Origin: Candidatus Bathyarchaeota archaeon
Lineage (GTDB): Archaea; Thermoproteota; Bathyarchaeia; Bathyarchaeales; Bathycorpusculaceae
Assembly: GCA_963782525.1 (NCBI GenBank)
Contig: CAWAKC010000007.1
Location: forward strand, 96,001-160,000
DNA length: 64,000 nucleotides
Reading direction: 5' to 3'
Below are positions 59,398 to 64,000 of the stretch, piece after piece (position 1 is the stretch's first letter; the number at the start of each line of letters is the position of its first letter). The position numbers were made by a program, and so were the translations under genes. A model generated the notes under the pieces. The model saw only the letters and a program-made list of their open reading frames with translations. It was not told where the DNA came from and did no database searches.

Positions 59398-60702
59398 ATG
59401 ACAAAAGCATCAGCCCAACAGAAAAGCAGATCAGACGTTTATGAATCACGGGAAAATTGGCCTCCATACACTTACCGGGATTACCCAAACATCAAACCTG
59501 AAACCTACAAGGCCTTCCAAGAATTTCTGAACACCGAGAATACTTCAGGAAGACTCATGGAGTTGCAGCCGTGGATATCTGTTTGCGACTCAAAATGTGC
59601 TTTTTGTTACTTCCCAACTTCGCCAACAAACAAAGTGGAGATAGAAAAATATCTTTTCTTGCTCAAAAAAGAACTTGAAATGTATGCAAAAACCAAGTAT
59701 GTAAAGACAAGTTGGTTTGACGAGATAGTTCTGGGCGGTGGAACTCCCAGCGTTTTAACTGCCGAGCAGATGATCGACCTGATCGATTTTTGCAAGGAAC
59801 GATTCAACATAAACAAAGAATATTTCATCAAAGTAACCGGGTCCTCAAAGACTCTGGCGCTACCAAAAATCGACCAACTCGCCGCCTACGGCGTCTACCA
59901 AATGGACATGGGCGCCCAAACCTTCGACGACAAAATCCGAAAGATGCTCTGTTTACCCGACGGCGCTGCAGACGTCGAAAAAGCAATTCGCCATGCTCGG
60001 AAACTGGGTCTATGTGTCTGTGTGGATCTAATGTATAATCTTCCGGGGCAAACGATGGAGAGCTGGATAAACACACTCAAAAAAGCCATCGAGTTAGACG
60101 TGGAAATCGACGCATATTCACTACACGTTGACCCTGGCACGATGCTGGAAAAAATGATTAAAACAGGGAAATCTCCGCCTGTTGGAGACGGCGAATACGA
60201 GAAGCAAATGTACCTAACAGCCTACAACATGTTGACACAAGCAGGCTACAGCGCAGTCGGTCACGACCGCTACAGCCGCAATGAATGGCACATGAGAGAA
60301 AACTGCCTTAACGGTTGGCCATGGGGAGGCATACTCACCACCGGCGCAGGCTGCTTTATGGGTTATCTGCAGCGGTTCAGCTACAGCAACATCGAAAGCA
60401 TCGATGAATACATGAAGACAGTCAAATCGGGGAAACTGCCTATCCAAAGACTTTCAGAGTCCTCGGACGACGAAATGATGCGTCGAGAGATGAGTAGGCT
60501 GTATTTGCGTTTGCCCGTAAGCAAGAAAGAGTTTATGGAGAAATTCGGCAAACTACCAGAAGATGTATTTCCCAAGCAACTCAAAAGCCTCAAGGAGAAG
60601 GGGCTAATCGAGATAGATGACAAGGAAGTTAGAATTACCAAGCAGGGCGAAGTCTGGAAGGGCAACATTGCTTGGGAATTTGCAGCAAAACAGCCTTGTT
60701 AA
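59398..60702 (+). CDS. HemN-like (class C) radical SAM protein
   Basis: CDSKCAFCYF, LGGGTPS, GAQTFD, DLMYNLPGQT and G.GA motifs, HemN_C-type C-terminal helical domain. Confidence 0.88.
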   Translation: MTKASAQQKSRSDVYESRENWPPYTYRDYPNIKPETYKAFQEFLNTENTSGRLMELQPWISVCDSKCAFCYFPTSPTNKVEIEKYLFLLKKELEMYAKTKYVKTSWFDEIVLGGGTPSVLTAEQMIDLIDFCKERFNINKEYFIKVTGSSKTLALPKIDQLAAYGVYQMDMGAQTFDDKIRKMLCLPDGAADVEKAIRHARKLGLCVCVDLMYNLPGQTMESWINTLKKAIELDVEIDAYSLHVDPGTMLEKMIKTGKSPPVGDGEYEKQMYLTAYNMLTQAGYSAVGHDRYSRNEWHMRENCLNGWPWGGILTTGAGCFMGYLQRFSYSNIESIDEYMKTVKSGKLPIQRLSESSDDEMMRREMSRLYLRLPVSKKEFMEKFGKLPEDVFPKQLKSLKEKGLIEIDDKEVRITKQGEVWKGNIAWEFAAKQPC

Positions 60703-60704
60703 AT

Positions 60705-60805
60705 TCTTTTTTGTTTTTTTAATTTTATTTTTTTTAAAAATAAATAAAAGACCACTATCTAAGAGTCGATAGTTTAAAAAAATTAAAAAAGGAAAAAGGG
60801 AAAAT
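60705..60805. terminator. Convergent oligo-T terminators between the HemN-like gene and the membrane protein gene
   Basis: T-runs at 60705-60735 and A-runs at 60736-60803 between convergent stops. Confidence 0.55.
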
Positions 60806-60812
60806 TATATTT

Positions 60813-61478
60813 TTAGTGCCTTACGGGCTGAAGCCCATACCAAGTCATTACTTTAGCAATGATGGGTGCAATTATGCCGAGAATAATCATCGGAAGCATT
60901 GCAAGGAACAGTGCGTTTGGTGGGTCTGATTGTGACATGAATGCAGCGTAAGCAATAGTCATGTTGAAGACGAAGGTCAATACTCCCACAGTTAATGCGG
61001 CAGTTAGACCGGCACCGAGCATACGTTTAAAGTTCATTGAGCCATTGTTTAAGCCGCCTGCGATGTAGCCGATTAGTATTCCGCCAATTATGTAGTTTCC
61101 AATGAAGCTTGGGTCAGCAAAGAGGTTGGGAGATGAGCCAAAATTAACGACAGAGTATTGAATGTTGTAGCCTGCTTCGCCAAGGTACAAAAGAGTGCCT
61201 AACATGAAGCCTGCAGCGCCACCAGCCCATTTATTCCAGATTAAGCCTAAAATTAATGGAACAGCGAACATTACCATCAATGCAAAGCCATGAGTGAAAA
61301 TTGGTGTCAGGAACGAATATGGCGAGCCTGCTGCGCCTGTAGCCATGTTTGGACCTGGGAAGTAGTGGTCAAGTCCTGGGCGAATTACTGCTGGAAAAGC
61401 AACGATAAGAAGACCGACGAGTATTGGTATGACTAAGCCGTAAAGAATGTCTGCTAGTTTAAATTTTTCTGTTTCCAA
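60813..61478 (-). CDS. Hypothetical polytopic membrane protein (about 6 TM; ECF S-component-like size and Gly pattern)
   Basis: Highly hydrophobic, with GL.W.KWAGG.AGF..G and G.LIGYIAG patterns. Own TATA upstream. Confidence 0.65.
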   Translation of the reverse strand: METEKFKLADILYGLVIPILVGLLIVAFPAVIRPGLDHYFPGPNMATGAAGSPYSFLTPIFTHGFALMVMFAVPLILGLIWNKWAGGAAGFMLGTLLYLGEAGYNIQYSVVNFGSSPNLFADPSFIGNYIIGGILIGYIAGGLNNGSMNFKRMLGAGLTAALTVGVLTFVFNMTIAYAAFMSQSDPPNALFLAMLPMIILGIIAPIIAKVMTWYGLQPVRH

Positions 61479-61679
61479 TTTTATATCCCTTGATGGACTA
61501 TTTACGTTGCGGCGTGTTAATAAATTTAATGCTTACAAGCTTGTTAGCCAAGAAGTTTGGACGTCAAAAAATTATCTTTGCAATAAATAGACCATGGGGA
61601 AAACACTGCGACAAGCTTAGTTGAAACAAAAAATAAAAGAAAAGATTAGGGATTTAGTTATTTACTTAGAGTCTTGGTT

Positions 61680-62978
61680 TCAGTGGCGTGATGCACAGAT
61701 TATGCCGCTTAGGGGTAGTTTCGATGGGCAGACGTATGAGCAGGTTCCACATGCAATGCAGTCTTTAACCCATAGTTTCTCAGCTTTTGCAAAGTCACCT
61801 TTCATGATTGCATTGTAGATCATTATCGGGTGCAGACGTACTGGACATGATTGGATGCAGTTAGAGCAGTGGATACATGCGGTTGTTGGTTGATCTGGCT
61901 TGTATTTGCTTTTGGAGAAGACGATAATGCTTGATGTCCTCTTAGTTACTGGAGCTTCGATTGTTGGAAGAGCGTTTCCCATCATGACTCCCCCGATTAC
62001 TACTTGTCGGATGTCGCTTGTATCAACTTTGTTTTGAGTTAGGATTTCGCTGATAGGGGTGCCTATTTTGACTTGCAGATTCTTTGGTTCTGCGATGTCT
62101 CCGTTGAGGGTTGTGACTCTGGAGATCAGGGGTTCACCTTCGAAGACTGCGTTTGCTATGGCGTTTATGGTTGCGACATTCTGGACTATGGTGCCCATTT
62201 CGTATGAGCGTTTGCCTGATGGAGTTTCGTATTTGAGGATTGCTTTTTGTAGTACGCTTGCATCGCCTTGTTGATATGTTAGGTGTTTTGCGATGACTTC
62301 TGTATCGGGTTCTTTGCCGAAAGCTGCTTGTAGTTTTGGTACCGCTTCGACTTTGCTGATTTTGGTTGCGACGATAACTTTGGGGTTTCCCAAAAGTTTG
62401 CGTATAACTCTAACTCCCCGCACTAAGTTTTCGGTTCTCTCTATCATTAAGCGTTCGTCTGCTGTGTCGTAGGGTTCGCCTTCTGCAGCGTTTACAATAA
62501 GGGTTTTTATTGGTTTATCTGCGGGAACAGCAAGTTTTATGCTGGTTGGGAATCCTGCACCACCTAAACCGATAATGCCTGCGTCTCGGATTCGTTTGAG
62601 GAGGACGTCGTTGGCTGTATTTTTGAGTTCAGATTCAGAGATAGGAGTTAGGGTTTTGTCTTTGGTTTTTTTGCTGTCGTTTTCGATCCAGATGGCTTCA
62701 GAGCATTCTGAGTAGCAGCTATTGTATATGTCGCCGATTTTTACGACCTTGCCAGAGATTGGGCTATGGACGGGTGCGCTTACCCGTTCTTTAGAGTCAG
62801 CTATTTTTTGTCCCATGGCTACGATGTCGCCAACAGAGACCAAGGGCTTGTTTACTGCCCCGGTGTGTTGGTAAGTTAAGACTATGGCGGTTTTTGGGTC
62901 AGGGAAAATTTCGATGGGTTTAGTTCTAGCTATGTCTTTGTGTTCTTTAATTTCAACGAGATTTGCCATTATATTCAT
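61680..62978 (-). CDS. rnfC: RnfC-like electron transport subunit
   Basis: QHTGA..PLV.VGD.V..GQKIA, PVHSPISGKV, AGIIGLGGAGFPT..K, NAAEGEPY.TAD, GG.MMG, CIHCSNCIQSCP and CIACGTCSYVCPS. Confidence 0.9.
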   Translation of the reverse strand: MNIMANLVEIKEHKDIARTKPIEIFPDPKTAIVLTYQHTGAVNKPLVSVGDIVAMGQKIADSKERVSAPVHSPISGKVVKIGDIYNSCYSECSEAIWIENDSKKTKDKTLTPISESELKNTANDVLLKRIRDAGIIGLGGAGFPTSIKLAVPADKPIKTLIVNAAEGEPYDTADERLMIERTENLVRGVRVIRKLLGNPKVIVATKISKVEAVPKLQAAFGKEPDTEVIAKHLTYQQGDASVLQKAILKYETPSGKRSYEMGTIVQNVATINAIANAVFEGEPLISRVTTLNGDIAEPKNLQVKIGTPISEILTQNKVDTSDIRQVVIGGVMMGNALPTIEAPVTKRTSSIIVFSKSKYKPDQPTTACIHCSNCIQSCPVRLHPIMIYNAIMKGDFAKAEKLWVKDCIACGTCSYVCPSKLPLSGIICASRH

Positions 62979-64000
62979 CTCCCAAAGGGTTTGTGGATAC
63001 CTACACGATCAAGGAGTGGTACCGTCAAGTTCATGATTAGCAATGCTAGCAGAGAGCCGCCAAAGAAGTTCATATAGGTTTGTATAACTACGGTCAAGAT
63101 GCCTAAACCGACGCCGAAGATGATTTGTCCTGCGCCTGTGAAAGGAGTTGTCGCGGGGTCCGTTGCCATGAAGAAACCCAAAAAGATTGAGCTGCCGATG
63201 AAAACTTCGAAGAGCAACCTTGTTATAAGATCTGAGTCTGCGTAAGCCATTGACATTACAATAGACATCACAGCGATTGAAGCGAAATATGCGAGGGTAA
63301 CTCTCCATTTCATGTATTTGCGTGCGAGGACGAATAACGCGATGCCGACAATGATGACTAAGATGCTTGATGCACCACCGGGCCAACCGTGGAATTTCTC
63401 AAGAATCATAAGCGAGTTTAAGTCTGGAAGAGCAGTAATAGAGGGGTTAGCATAGCATGACTGAAGGTAGCTGCTGAAAGATGCTACGCCGTTGGTTCCA
63501 ATTGCTGCGGTTCCTCCGCCTATTGGACCTGCTAGTAGAGGTATGCCGATGCCGCCTACAGAGGTTGAAGCAAAGTGTTCTTTAGGTAACAGAAGGGTGG
63601 CAACGAAGGGAAGCAGCAGGAGGAATTTTGCGGCTGCAGCGGGGTTAACGATTTTTCGTCCAGCTACGCCTCCAACTACTTTTTTGAAGAGAACTTGGCC
63701 GACTAGCGATATAATTGCAATGAAAACAAAAGCGTTAGGTGCTGTTAAGGTGGCAACAGGCATGACGTCTCCAGTACCCATAGCCATAGCAGGGACACCA
63801 AGTGAAAATGAAAGCGTGACGATTAAGCCGAAAACAGCTGAGGACCAATAGTTCTTTTCGCTGTCTGAGACGATTTTGTGGAACAAAGCATCTATTCCTA
63901 AGGCTACTCCGATAGCAATGAGGGCGTTGATAAGCAGTTCAACGCCAAGCGACATTTGCCAGACGCCCTTGAGCGAGCTGTAAGTGGTTAATTGTGCGTT
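62975..64000 (-). CDS. rnfD: RnfD/NqrB-family membrane subunit (5'-truncated by the window edge)
   Basis: Frame open to 64000. K...GG..G...VNPAAA, FFMATDPATTP and ALLIMN..VPLLDR motifs. Confidence 0.85.
   Translation of the reverse strand, partial: NAQLTTYSSLKGVWQMSLGVELLINALIAIGVALGIDALFHKIVSDSEKNYWSSAVFGLIVTLSFSLGVPAMAMGTGDVMPVATLTAPNAFVFIAIISLVGQVLFKKVVGGVAGRKIVNPAAAAKFLLLLPFVATLLLPKEHFASTSVGGIGIPLLAGPIGGGTAAIGTNGVASFSSYLQSCYANPSITALPDLNSLMILEKFHGWPGGASSILVIIVGIALFVLARKYMKWRVTLAYFASIAVMSIVMSMAYADSDLITRLLFEVFIGSSIFLGFFMATDPATTPFTGAGQIIFGVGLGILTVVIQTYMNFFGGSLLALLIMNLTVPLLDRVGIHKPFGR

Noticed and set aside
1-64000. Numerous 60-170 aa antisense or alternate-frame ORFs in the track (e.g. 5261-5770, 50428-50796, 53629-53940)
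   Set aside because: They lie within well-supported genes, mirror their codon bias and have no motifs of their own.
1-64000. CRISPR arrays, tRNA/rRNA genes, cobalamin riboswitch
   Set aside because: No regularly spaced repeats, cloverleaf or rRNA-like segments, or B12-box were recognised. Intergenic regions are short and AT-rich.

Overview
Archaeal genomic window, most likely Bathyarchaeia. This is inferred from the thermosome, DGGGP synthase + tetraether synthase, DUF2096, BRE/TATA promoters, frequent TTG starts and the expanded 'PQQ-like' surface beta-propeller family. After a short housekeeping stretch (1-7 kb), the window is a ~53-kb island with nine more radical SAM genes (six cobalamin-binding, two SPASM, one HemN-like; ten in the window counting Tes). 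It also holds two atypical Dph6-like ATP pyrophosphatases, CobD/CbiB, three glycosyltransferases, a methyltransferase, an aldo/keto reductase, DUF362 and an amidohydrolase. These are interleaved with six paralogous ~900-950 aa secreted, C-terminally anchored beta-propeller proteins. The six share an invariant PNQHG motif, a near-invariant EHS motif, a conserved SxADxYFVP-TM-basic tail and a stem-loop in each 5' leader. The window ends in a divergent rnfD-rnfC pair. No rRNA, tRNA, CRISPR array or transposase was seen. All family assignments are from motif recognition by eye, not database searches.
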